Source: a virus
IMG/VR virus record: IMGVR_UViG_3300042473_001368
Reading direction: 5' to 3' (one strand)
Length of the DNA stretch: 64,000 bases
Within the stretch, counting starts at the first letter, position 1. Every line of letters begins with the position of its first letter. A program made the position numbers and the translations under genes. Positions 1 to 8,613 of this stretch are shown here, piece by piece. Below the pieces are notes generated by a model. It had not been told where the DNA came from, searched no databases, and saw nothing but the letters and a program-made list of their open reading frames with translations.

Positions 1-410
1 TTGAGCGTGCAGAGGAAATCTGCCAACGCCTCGCTGATAAAGGCTTTGCATCGACTAACATTGTCTTTGGTATTGGCAGCTTTACCTATCAAGGCGCTGT
101 AACTCCTGATGCAATTGTAACTCGCGACACCTATGGCTTTGCTGTAAAGAGCACCTATGGTGAAGTTGAGATCAACGGAGATATTGTTGGTAAAGAGATC
201 TTCAAAGATCCTAAGACTGACAATGGTCTGAAGAAGAGTGCAAAAGGTCTGACCGCTGTCTATGAAACAGCAGATGGCTTTGAGCTCAAAGATCAAGCAA
301 CCTGGGATGAAGTTCGCAATTGCGCATTCTATCCTGTCTTCGCAAATGGCAATCAGTGTGTTGTTGAAACTCTAAGCGAGATTCGTGCTCGCCTTGCTAA
401 AAACTTCTAA
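1..410 (+). CDS. nadV: Nicotinamide phosphoribosyltransferase (Nampt/NadV, or Namat-like), 3' part only
   Basis: Frame 3 manual translation: FGIGSFTYQ...TRDTYGFAVKST...IFKDPKTDNGLKKSAKGL, the Nampt C-terminal signature; stop TAA 408-410. Confidence 0.85.
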   Translation, partial: ERAEEICQRLADKGFASTNIVFGIGSFTYQGAVTPDAIVTRDTYGFAVKSTYGEVEINGDIVGKEIFKDPKTDNGLKKSAKGLTAVYETADGFELKDQATWDEVRNCAFYPVFANGNQCVVETLSEIRARLAKNF

Positions 411-411
411 T

Positions 412-885
412 ATGAAAAGTATTACACTATTCGCGCCAAATCTCTTAAGCGTTGATGAGATTATGCGGTATAGCAATAAGCGTAAAGTCTTTCTGGCCGG
501 CAGCATCGAAATGGGTGCTGCCGAGCCATGGCAAGAGGAACTAGCGTCTCGCTTCGCAGATAACGATATTGTCTTTTATAACCCTCGCCGTCCTGATTGG
601 GACAGCACATGGACTGATACAAGCGACGCATTTAACGAGCAGGTAAACTGGGAGATGGATCACCTAGAAGAGGCTGATGAGATCATTCTCTATTTTGATC
701 CAGCTACTAAGAGCCCGATTAGTCTATTGGAGCTTGGCTTGCATGCTGCTAGCAAAAAAGTAACGGTGTGTTGCCCTGATGGCTTTTGGCGCAAAGGTAA
801 TGTTCGTGTTGTCTGCGAGCGATACGATATACCTTTGATCCACAGCAAAGAAGAGCTCATCGATCACTTGCGCCGTGTCTGGTAA
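412..885 (+). CDS. Nucleoside 2-deoxyribosyltransferase-like protein
   Basis: VFLAGSIEMG, YNPRR, QVNWE, SPISLLELG motifs; ATG 412 follows the Nampt stop. Confidence 0.8.
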   Translation: MKSITLFAPNLLSVDEIMRYSNKRKVFLAGSIEMGAAEPWQEELASRFADNDIVFYNPRRPDWDSTWTDTSDAFNEQVNWEMDHLEEADEIILYFDPATKSPISLLELGLHAASKKVTVCCPDGFWRKGNVRVVCERYDIPLIHSKEELIDHLRRVW

Positions 886-924
886 GTATAACGAACTACG
901 ATATAATTAAGAGTAATACAAAAT

Positions 925-1188
925 ATGAACATCTACCATATCTCTCAAACTGAAAATCGCGGCTATGATACCTATAGTGATGCTGTAGTAATTGCGCCTG
1001 ACGTTGAAACTGCGCGCCGTGTAAACCCCAGTGAGTACGGCGACGTCTTTATGACTGACGAGGATTGGAAATATACTTATAGCAGCTGGGCGAGCTCGCC
1101 TGAAAATGTGAGCGTGACTCTTGTCGGAGTTGCATCTGAAAACGAAAAATCGCCTCGCGTTGTTTGCGCAAGCTTTCACGCTGGCTAA
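925..1188 (+). CDS. Hypothetical protein
   Basis: ORF downstream of motif at 890. Confidence 0.7.
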   Translation: MNIYHISQTENRGYDTYSDAVVIAPDVETARRVNPSEYGDVFMTDEDWKYTYSSWASSPENVSVTLVGVASENEKSPRVVCASFHAG

Positions 1189-1199
1189 TTTACAAAATT

Positions 1200-1493
1200 A
1201 TGAAACTTGCATCTATTGAAACTATCAAAACCGTTGAGCAGCATTCAAATGCTGATGCTCTCGACATTGTAACTGTGCTTGGCTATCGCTGCATCGTTGG
1301 ACGTGGTGCCTTCTCTCAAGGAGATAAGGTAGTTCTAATCCAACCTGATACTGTATTGCCTGACGAGCCATGGGCTGAAATGTTCCGTAAACGCAGCAAC
1401 AGAGTGAAAGCTTGTCGTCTGCGTGGTGAATGGAGCTATTCAATAGTACTACCGTTATCAATTCTTCAAAATTACGGTGAACTTATCGAGTGA
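1200..1493 (+). CDS. RNA ligase (DRB0094 family), N-terminal piece
   Basis: HSNADALD...GDKVVLIQPDTVLP...RLRGEWS matches the N-terminal domain of DRB0094-type ligases. Confidence 0.8.
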   Translation: MKLASIETIKTVEQHSNADALDIVTVLGYRCIVGRGAFSQGDKVVLIQPDTVLPDEPWAEMFRKRSNRVKACRLRGEWSYSIVLPLSILQNYGELIE

Positions 1494-1533
1494 AAGCTAT
1501 ATGATTTTGTGGGGTGTAGTATAAATATGTTAT

Positions 1534-2394
1534 ATGAACTACACTAAGATATATAACTCACTAATAACTCAGGCAAAAAACAGACAGGTAGATATCAACC
1601 AGTATTATGAGCGACACCATATAGTACCTAAATGCTGTAACGGAGAAGATACAGAATCAAATACGGTACTTTTAACAGGTAGGGAGCATTACATTGCACA
1701 TCTTTTATTGTGGAAGATGTTTCCGTCTAACAGCAAACTATTGTTTGCCTTTAGGATGATGTCGCATGCTAACAATAACGGTTTACGAACATATAAGTAT
1801 AATGCTAGGTTGTACGAAGCTGCACGGCAATCACTTTCAACGTATCTTAAAACTAATAAAGAGATAGGTAAAAAGGTATCTGAAGCACTTAAAGGTAGAA
1901 AGCAAAATGCTGAGCATGTTAAAAAGCGTATGGATAGTAGAAAACGAAACGGTAAAAAATATACCACTGAACATATCGAGAAATACCGTAACGGAACTTT
2001 ACGTGCACTTGCACGGGGCTGGAAACCTAATACAACAGGATTGAGATCGCATGTAAAAGGAGAATTTAAACATTCTGATAAAACAAAAAATATTTTACGT
2101 CATAAAAGATTGGGTAAAACGTTTGATGAAATATATGGACCTGAAAAGGCTCTACAGATGAGACAGCAAAAGAAGGAGTTAGTTGGTATCAGTAATCCGA
2201 ACTTTCGTATAATAGACGTAGAGTTGGTTAAAGATATGCTCGATAATGGTATACCAATGAAAGAAATTGTTAGAGAGCTAAAATCTAGTTATGTAACAAT
2301 CTCAAAGAGATTTCAAGATGTTTTTGGAGTTTCTATATCCAACTATACAAACTCTAAAGACTTAACAAAAAAACGGATCACGAATAAACATTAA
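1534..2394 (+). mobile_element. Free-standing HNH homing endonuclease inserted in the RNA ligase gene
   Basis: MNYTKIY...ERHHIVPKC..G.D..SNTVLLTGREHYIAHLLL; basic NUMOD3-like repeats; late promoter TATAAATA just upstream. Confidence 0.9.
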
Positions 2395-2401
2395 ATAGTA
2401 T

Positions 2402-3133
2402 ATGAAACTTAAAATAAGCGGACAAATAATAGACCTCGTTCCAGGCACTGAAGTCTCTGAGATTATTGGCGTCACCAAATATGAGCCACCTGCTCCTCAA
2501 GATCTTAGCGCTGCTGGCTATTTGCCTCGTGGATTGCCTAAGACTGATGAAGAGCGCTGGCAGAATATTGTTGACTTGCCCTTTGGTGAAGTGTGTGATA
2601 TTACTCTCAAGATCGATGGCAGCTCGTTAAGTGTCTATGCTCGTAAACTCGAAGATGGCTCTTGGGAAACCGGAGTAACTTCTCGTAGCTTGCGCCTCAA
2701 GCCTGAATGCGATAACAAATACACTCAAGGAGTTGCTAAGTATGATATTCTCAACAAGCTCCTCGCTTACTGTCAGCAGCATGATGTAAGTCTCAGCTTG
2801 CGCGGTGAGCTGTATGGTAATGGCATTCAGGGCTTCGGCAAAAATCCTCACGGTCAACTTCCGCTTAATTTCGCTGCTTTCAGTGTCTTTAATATGGATA
2901 AGCTTGAGTATGCAGGTCCGAGCGACTCGCATTACTACGAGAAGATTTGTGCTGAGCTAAACATTCCTGTTGTGCCAATGCTCGAGAAAGGCGTTGTGTT
3001 AACTCCAGAGCACATTCAAAAATATAGCGCAGAGATTGATAAGATCGATGGTAAAGCTTTTGAAGGCGTTGTAGTTAAGCATGCAGGTGGCTCGTTTAAG
3101 ATTATTAACCTGCAATATGATGAAAGAAAATAA
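2402..3133 (+). CDS. RNA ligase (DRB0094 family), C-terminal catalytic piece
   Basis: GVTKYEPP, PKTDEER, KIDGSS (motif I), GELYG, FAAF, EGVV, FKII. Confidence 0.9.
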   Translation: MKLKISGQIIDLVPGTEVSEIIGVTKYEPPAPQDLSAAGYLPRGLPKTDEERWQNIVDLPFGEVCDITLKIDGSSLSVYARKLEDGSWETGVTSRSLRLKPECDNKYTQGVAKYDILNKLLAYCQQHDVSLSLRGELYGNGIQGFGKNPHGQLPLNFAAFSVFNMDKLEYAGPSDSHYYEKICAELNIPVVPMLEKGVVLTPEHIQKYSAEIDKIDGKAFEGVVVKHAGGSFKIINLQYDERK

Positions 3134-3401
3134 CAGCATAACTAAAGAACACGAAGATCTGATTAGTAAATATCGTTGGTCTATTCAAGAGCTTGGTCGT
3201 GTGCAGGATCTCTATTACGAGACACTGACAATCGGACTAGGCTTGAGTGACAAGGCTGAAGAGTTTTTATTTGATTACATCTATAACAGCGGCGAAGAAA
3301 CTTCATTTGAAGAATATCTTTCAAAGTTCGGAGAGCTCAGTTCTCCGAACACTGTTACTAGACCGAACTTTGGTGACTTCGATATCTACAAAACGAACTA
3401 A
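3117..3401 (+). CDS. Hypothetical protein
   Basis: Coupled ORF; stop lies inside the motif at 3392. Confidence 0.65.
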   Translation: MMKENNSITKEHEDLISKYRWSIQELGRVQDLYYETLTIGLGLSDKAEEFLFDYIYNSGEETSFEEYLSKFGELSSPNTVTRPNFGDFDIYKTN

Positions 3402-3415
3402 CGTATCATTACAAC

Positions 3416-3826
3416 ATGAAATTAGCTATTGAACATCGCTACACACATGCTGAAGCTAAGGAAGGAGAGAAGATCGGTCTAGCTGGTCTTCGTGCTCTTA
3501 AAAATAGCAAAGGCCAGTGGGTTGTAAGTTTCTCGAGTACGAATCACAAATACCTTAATGTGGACTACAACATCTCGGGCAATGCACCGTGTGGTGAATC
3601 AATAGGATTTGAAGATGACTCAGATGCTTTTGCTGAAGGCTTCTCTATCGAGACACAAGAAACATATCCTGATGATGGTTGTGATATGCCGCACGATAGT
3701 GTAATTCTTTGGATGATTCCTGAGTCTAAGGCAGAACAAGAAGAACTATCTGGAGTGGCTGCAATCTTACCTTCTAAGTGGAGCTATTGCGCTTGCATCG
3801 TTCCATTCTCAGACGTTGAACTATAA
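3416..3826 (+). CDS. Hypothetical protein
   Basis: ORF after motif 3392. Confidence 0.7.
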   Translation: MKLAIEHRYTHAEAKEGEKIGLAGLRALKNSKGQWVVSFSSTNHKYLNVDYNISGNAPCGESIGFEDDSDAFAEGFSIETQETYPDDGCDMPHDSVILWMIPESKAEQEELSGVAAILPSKWSYCACIVPFSDVEL

Positions 3827-3864
3827 AATAATATTTACAAAACGAACTAACATATAATTATAAC

Positions 3865-4326
3865 ATGAACATTGCTCAAGCATTAAAAGAAAAGAATCGT
3901 GCAGCTGGTAGAGTTGCTAACCTACAAAATCAACTGTTTCGACACAACCGTTATCGCAGCGATCAGAGACCTATTGAAGACCCTAAAGTGATTTGGGCGA
4001 ATCTTCTTAAAGAGCGAGCTCATTTGAATCAGATTAAATATCTGATTCAGAAAGCAAATGCTGGTATCGCCGCAGAGCTTGTATCTATCGCAGAAGCAAA
4101 AGCTATGCTTGTGTTTCTCACTAGTAACGCAAATACTGCTGGACTACGAGGCTCTACTGAACAAGTATATGACCGCGCCTCTGGCAATTATGCAGATAGT
4201 GCCTATACTATCGAGTATGGTCTTGATGCAGCTGACCTCCGCGAGCAAGTCGAACATTATCAAAAGATGATCGAAGACTTACAAGATAAGATTGACAACT
4301 ACAACGCTGTTACTCAAATCGACTAA
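3865..4326 (+). CDS. Coiled-coil protein, DIP1984-like
   Basis: MNIAQALKEKNR...EDP...LQDKIDNYNAVTQI pattern. Confidence 0.6.
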   Translation: MNIAQALKEKNRAAGRVANLQNQLFRHNRYRSDQRPIEDPKVIWANLLKERAHLNQIKYLIQKANAGIAAELVSIAEAKAMLVFLTSNANTAGLRGSTEQVYDRASGNYADSAYTIEYGLDAADLREQVEHYQKMIEDLQDKIDNYNAVTQID

Positions 4327-4333
4327 ATAATTT

Positions 4334-4528
4334 TGTTGGCTCTAAATGGATTGACTTCGATGTACTTAGGAAGTACCAAAATACTACAGCTTCATGCTGT
4401 GCATTGATAACGATAAAGATAATAATCACGTAAATGCGTGTTAAAACTTAAGTTTCAAAATTTTGTTATTAAATCTCAAAGTTCAAAAATTAAAACTCAG
4501 CGTGAAGTTATGAAGTTTAGAGCCAACA
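4334..4528 (+). ncRNA. Candidate structured ncRNA (~195 nt)
   Basis: Perfect 13-bp terminal stem TGTTGGCTCTAAA (4334-46)/TTTAGAGCCAACA (4516-28), several internal hairpins, no convincing ORF. Confidence 0.55.
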
Positions 4529-4546
4529 TCCTATAAATATAACCGT

Positions 4547-4675
4547 ATGTCCTTAGAATACTTTTTGTATGTATCGAAGTATGTTAGTATTGGGTTTATT
4601 ATTGGGTGCATTTTTGGTACTATCTTGTATCATATACTAAAAAAACTATTTTATATAGTCGATAAACTTGAATAA
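4547..4675 (+). CDS. Small membrane protein (42 aa)
   Basis: After TATAAATA; MSLEYFLYVSKYVSIGFIIGCIFGTILYHILKKLFYIVDKLE. Confidence 0.5.
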   Translation: MSLEYFLYVSKYVSIGFIIGCIFGTILYHILKKLFYIVDKLE

Positions 4676-4692
4676 GACCTTATAATAAGTAG

Positions 4693-5091
4693 ATGAAACA
4701 AATACTACTTACAATATTATTAGCTCTTTCTTTGTGCGAGCCTGTGAAAGCTAATGATACAAAGATAGGACTCGCGACATATTACTCAATAAGTACAAAT
4801 GGAGGATCAACAACATCAAGCGGTGTACCTCTCAGCGACAATAAACTAACTGCAGCGTCAGTTATCTTCCCTCTCAAATCAAAACTATTGATTACAAATC
4901 TCACGAATGGCAAATCTATTACCGTTACTGTAACAGACACAGGTCCATTTGCAATGAATTCTCAGGGCAGAGCTATTAGACCTCTTCGCGCTCACCCTTC
5001 TCGTATCGTAGATGTTTCCCTCGCAGCTGCGAAAGCTCTCTCCTTCCATGGTAAAGGTATTGCAAAAGTTAAAGTACAAAAATTAAAATAA
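4693..5091 (+). CDS. rlpA: RlpA-like (DPBB) lytic transglycosylase with signal peptide
   Basis: GLATYY, LTAAS..FPL.S.L.ITNLTNGKSITVTVTDTGPF, RIVDVSLAAAKAL. Confidence 0.85.
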   Translation: MKQILLTILLALSLCEPVKANDTKIGLATYYSISTNGGSTTSSGVPLSDNKLTAASVIFPLKSKLLITNLTNGKSITVTVTDTGPFAMNSQGRAIRPLRAHPSRIVDVSLAAAKALSFHGKGIAKVKVQKLK

Positions 5092-5092
5092 T

Positions 5093-5209
5093 ATGACATT
5101 AGGACTTATTCTATTACTACTCGGCGCATTCACGTTAGGCGTTGTTGCAGGTGCATTTCTAATTTGCCTGTTTATAAGCAATAAACTTCCGCCTCCACCT
5201 AACTGGTAA
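5093..5209 (+). CDS. Small membrane protein (38 aa)
   Basis: Hydrophobic ORF between rlpA and the phosphoesterase. Confidence 0.5.
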   Translation: MTLGLILLLLGAFTLGVVAGAFLICLFISNKLPPPPNW

Positions 5210-5210
5210 C

Positions 5211-5906
5211 ATGAGAGAATTATTAGTATTTTTACACAGCGTCGACTTGCTAATACCTGCTATTATTGTTGCTTGTGTATCGTTTGCTGTGTTTATTCAT
5301 GCATGGATTTTATGGAAGCATCTCCTCACGCCAGTAATTGATCTACCTAGAGACTTACTTAAACTACAAAAAAAAGAAAAAATGAGCGTATACTTTATTG
5401 GTGACCCACATCTTGGTCATCGAAACATTGCAAAATATCGTCCTTGGGTTAAGGACACTGCGGACAATACTCGCATCTTTGTATCTCGTTACCTTAGAGA
5501 AATTAGGAAAAAGGACATTGTCTTTTTTATGGGCGATGTCGCATTTGACGAAGACAGCCTAAAGGTTGTTGGTGAATTGCCTGGTCGTAAGATCTTAATT
5601 AAAGGCAACCATGACGACTATGTAAGTACAAGCTTACAAAAAGATGTCTTTGAAGAGATTCATGGTATCATTAGCTACAAGAAAATGTGGCTGACGCATG
5701 CTCCAATACATCCAGATGAGATGCGAGGACGTGCACTTAACGCTCATGGCCATGTGCATATGAGCAGTATCATGCGCCGTAATTGGTATGGCAAAAAGGT
5801 TCTCGATGACCGCTATGTCAACACATGCGTCGATCGCGTCGTAGCAGATAGCAGTGGTTATTACTATTTCACAACTCTCGAACAACTAAAAGAAAAAATA
5901 AAATAA
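5211..5906 (+). CDS. Calcineurin-like metallophosphoesterase (catalytic domain begins at Met 5382)
   Basis: GDPHLGH, MGDV, GNHD, THAP, HGHVH. Confidence 0.9.
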   Translation: MRELLVFLHSVDLLIPAIIVACVSFAVFIHAWILWKHLLTPVIDLPRDLLKLQKKEKMSVYFIGDPHLGHRNIAKYRPWVKDTADNTRIFVSRYLREIRKKDIVFFMGDVAFDEDSLKVVGELPGRKILIKGNHDDYVSTSLQKDVFEEIHGIISYKKMWLTHAPIHPDEMRGRALNAHGHVHMSSIMRRNWYGKKVLDDRYVNTCVDRVVADSSGYYYFTTLEQLKEKIK

Positions 5907-6202
5907 TGTATAATATACACACCGGTCAACTTAATGAAAAAGTCCAATGCGAAAGAGCTCCAGGCATTAGTGATTCAATCGAGCGGCTCTATAAAGAATG
6001 CAACGTCTTACAAGAACAGCTAGCGGTATTTCGTGACCGATTAGGACCTTATTTGAAGAAGTCTACTGAAGGGATACCTATCCCCTCTTTAGATATTCCT
6101 AAAGGAGCAAGCGAACGTACGCAGGCTCTCTTCGATATTGCTGCAAGAATTCGTGAAATGCAATTCTTTATTGATTGCCTTAACCATGACATTGACCTAT
6201 GA
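5906..6202 (+). CDS. Hypothetical protein
   Basis: Translationally coupled ORF. Confidence 0.6.
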   Translation: MYNIHTGQLNEKVQCERAPGISDSIERLYKECNVLQEQLAVFRDRLGPYLKKSTEGIPIPSLDIPKGASERTQALFDIAARIREMQFFIDCLNHDIDL

Positions 6203-6537
6203 TTGACTTTCACCAGCATCTAACTCAAATAGCGCAGCACAGTAAATTAAAAACGAGCTGGAAGATTCGTTATCGTGGTGACTATTTGCGCATGAGTTCT
6301 GGCAAGGAAAGTTGGAACGCAAAGGGCTATGCAAAGGCTGCACTCATTCTTGAGTTTGAAAAGCTGTTGCATGCTCATAGTCGTGGAGCTAATAGTCTTG
6401 ATGAATATACTAACCTGTTATGGAGCCAAGCGTGGCCAATCACATGCAGTGTATCAATCGAAGCTCGTTTAAAAGTAGCGAAAGAAGAGTTGCTAAAACT
6501 CGTTGAGTTTGTTGAACTAAAAGAAAAAGAAGTTTAA
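6199..6537 (+). CDS. Hypothetical protein
   Basis: ATGA overlap with previous ORF. Confidence 0.6.
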   Translation: MIDFHQHLTQIAQHSKLKTSWKIRYRGDYLRMSSGKESWNAKGYAKAALILEFEKLLHAHSRGANSLDEYTNLLWSQAWPITCSVSIEARLKVAKEELLKLVEFVELKEKEV

Positions 6538-6546
6538 TGATCGAAT

Positions 6547-6726
6547 ATGAATATTGAAGATGACATAATTGATAATATCTGTGATGTTATATGTGATCGT
6601 ATATGGACTGAGCTCTGGCAACTGACAACCGAGCATATACAATTTGGCGTTACAGCTCACGCATCTGCTATATTAACAGCAGACTTTGCAATTGAACAAA
6701 TTTCAAATAAATTAAAAGAACTATGA
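6547..6726 (+). CDS. MNIE-family small protein (59 aa)
   Basis: MNIEDDIIDNICD...; starts inside GAATATGAATATTGA; stop overlaps thyX ATG. Confidence 0.65.
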   Translation: MNIEDDIIDNICDVICDRIWTELWQLTTEHIQFGVTAHASAILTADFAIEQISNKLKEL

Positions 6727-7502
6727 AAGTACGATTACTAACAAAAACTGAGGGCGCCAAGGGCACAGAATATGAAGGAAAAACTATTGATGAAATTATT
6801 GTTGGCATTGCCAGATGCAGCAGCAGTCGCGAGGCAAATGAGCTTTTCTCTGAGCCTCATAAGTTACTACGTCACTGCCTGAATCATAGCCACTGGAGTG
6901 TATTCGGTGAAGCCAATCTTGGCTTTGAAATTACAACGAGTCGCGCTATTGGTCGAGAGCTGTTGCGTCACTGGAGTCTAGCTCCGCAGGAATTGAGTCA
7001 GCGTTATAAGAGCATCAGCGACTTTGAGCCAATTGAACTGCGCATGCAAAGCGCAGACAATCGTCAAAGCTCAACAGTGGTATTTGATCCGAGTCTCGAT
7101 CCATATGATATGTTTGGACCAGTTCCAGCTAGCGGAGAAATAAATGCTCATCTTGATAGTATCAAAGTGCTCTATAATAAATTGCTAGAGGCTGGTGTTG
7201 CGCGTGAGTGTGCTCGCATGATCTTGCCTGAGACAACTGAAACAGTGCTCATCTTTAATGGCAAGATTCGCGATTGGATTACAACTCTCAATCAACGCTT
7301 GCACAAAACAGCGCAAAAAGAATGTCGTTTAGTTGCTGAGGAGATTCGTGATATCTTTATTGCTGAGTGTCCAGTGATTAGCAAGATGCTCTACAACTTT
7401 GAGGATGCCTATAATTGTCATATCCTAGAGCGAGTGCTCCTGGAGAAGTATGGAGTCTATGGCATGGTCAAGGAGAATGGCTTCAAGAAACTTAAGAGTT
7501 GA
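6723..7502 (+). CDS. thyX: Flavin-dependent thymidylate synthase
   Basis: HWSVF, SRAIGRELLRH...QELSQRY, ARECARMILP. Confidence 0.92.
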   Translation: MKVRLLTKTEGAKGTEYEGKTIDEIIVGIARCSSSREANELFSEPHKLLRHCLNHSHWSVFGEANLGFEITTSRAIGRELLRHWSLAPQELSQRYKSISDFEPIELRMQSADNRQSSTVVFDPSLDPYDMFGPVPASGEINAHLDSIKVLYNKLLEAGVARECARMILPETTETVLIFNGKIRDWITTLNQRLHKTAQKECRLVAEEIRDIFIAECPVISKMLYNFEDAYNCHILERVLLEKYGVYGMVKENGFKKLKS

Positions 7503-7532
7503 TCTCATAACGAACTCCGTTATAATTTGTGT

Positions 7533-7658
7533 ATGAGCCAGTACACAGCACGTGACTTAATCGCTCTTGGGTTTGATCCAAATGATCCACAATTCAAGAG
7601 CGATCTCGAAGTCGCCAAGAAAGCAAACTGCGCAAAATATGGTACTATTTCCTTGTGA
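7533..7658 (+). CDS. Short ORF, partial duplicate of the 8111..8443 N-terminus
   Basis: DLIALGFDPNDPQFKSDLEVAKKANC nearly identical at DNA level. Confidence 0.5.
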   Translation: MSQYTARDLIALGFDPNDPQFKSDLEVAKKANCAKYGTISL

Positions 7659-7867
7659 GCAACCTCCAACAAAACGATGCCTATCAGCCAGTTAATTATG
7701 CCTATCTCTCTGGGGCCCTTCAAGGCGGCATGCAAATGATCGCACGCGAACTTGTAATGGCTGGACTGCTGCAACACGATGATCTTGCAAAAGCAGAAGA
7801 AATTGTTGCTGCTATGATAACTCGCTGTGAAGCTAGTGAACGTGAATATTCAAAAACCAAAAACTAA
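7655..7867 (+). CDS. Hypothetical protein (paralog of 33693..33902)
   Basis: Shared VNYxYLxG...IAxEL...GLL.DD. Confidence 0.65.
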   Translation: MSNLQQNDAYQPVNYAYLSGALQGGMQMIARELVMAGLLQHDDLAKAEEIVAAMITRCEASEREYSKTKN

Positions 7868-7872
7868 AACTT

Positions 7873-8106
7873 ATGAAAATTATATTTGAGAAAGAAGAAA
7901 ATCAAGAAAAGCAATTGACACTTGCTGATGTCGATCACAATCAATTCTTTGTGTGTGGGGATGGTTATCTGTGTCAAAAGATCACCGATTCCCGTTACAC
8001 TACCATTGCTAAAAGCAACGGACAACTTTACAGCGATATTTTTTCGTGTGATGCTCATTATCGAATCAAGCGCATTCTTCCTAAGATCGCGAAGATTGAA
8101 TTTTGA
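7873..8106 (+). CDS. Hypothetical protein (paralog of 25216..25449)
   Basis: Shared MKIxFEKE...NQFFVCGDGxLCQK...IAKIEF. Confidence 0.75.
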   Translation: MKIIFEKEENQEKQLTLADVDHNQFFVCGDGYLCQKITDSRYTTIAKSNGQLYSDIFSCDAHYRIKRILPKIAKIEF

Positions 8107-8110
8107 GACT

Positions 8111-8443
8111 ATGAACATCTATTCAGCAAGCGACTTGATCGCTCTTGGTTTTGATCCAAGTGATCCACACTTCAAGAGCGATCTCGAAGTCGCAAAGAAA
8201 GCAAACTGCAGTCGCAAAGAACTTGTTGATGTTATCTTTGCAGCACGTCGAGAAGCAATAAAGACCTTTCATAGTGAGCCTCGCACCTACTCTTTCGATG
8301 AAGCAGTTGCTTATCTTAGAGGCTGGCTTTGGAGCGAGTCAAATCTAGAAGCGCTAACTCACAACGAAGTTTGTGCAATGTTCAAGAATGCTGCAGCGTG
8401 TGTTGAATGCGCGAATGATGGAATAGGAAATCGACCAACTTAA
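8111..8443 (+). CDS. Hypothetical protein
   Basis: ATG 8111 in the listed ORF. Confidence 0.65.
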   Translation: MNIYSASDLIALGFDPSDPHFKSDLEVAKKANCSRKELVDVIFAARREAIKTFHSEPRTYSFDEAVAYLRGWLWSESNLEALTHNEVCAMFKNAAACVECANDGIGNRPT

Positions 8444-8445
8444 TT

Positions 8446-8613
8446 ATGGCAAGCTCAGGAAAAGGTAAAGGCAGCGTAAAGACTGTTGAATGGTGGAAAC
8501 ATCTTCGTGATCGCAAACGCGCTCAAAATCGTTTGGTGCGAGAAGATGGCAAAGAACAGATTGAAACAGAATTAGAGGAAGCTGAAGAGGAGGGTGAAGA
8601 TGAAGAATATTAA
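8446..8613 (+). CDS. Small protein with basic N-terminus and acidic tail (55 aa)
   Basis: MASSGKGKGSVKTVEWWKHLRDRKR...EEEGEDEEY; stop overlaps next ATG. Confidence 0.55.
   Translation: MASSGKGKGSVKTVEWWKHLRDRKRAQNRLVREDGKEQIETELEEAEEEGEDEEY

Noticed and set aside
1494-2401. Group I intron in the RNA ligase gene
   Set aside because: Only 40 and 7 nt flank the HNH ORF; no P7-like core recognised; the downstream piece has its own ATG.
4334-4528. tmRNA
   Set aside because: GGATTGAC resembles the tmRNA 5' motif, but there is no 3' T-arm/CCA and the length is too short.
5211-5381. Novel membrane-anchored phosphoesterase fusion, or phase variation at the A-run
   Set aside because: The catalytic domain has its own ATG at 5382 after an A-rich leader; a fusion cannot be distinguished from two genes or a homopolymer artefact without reads.
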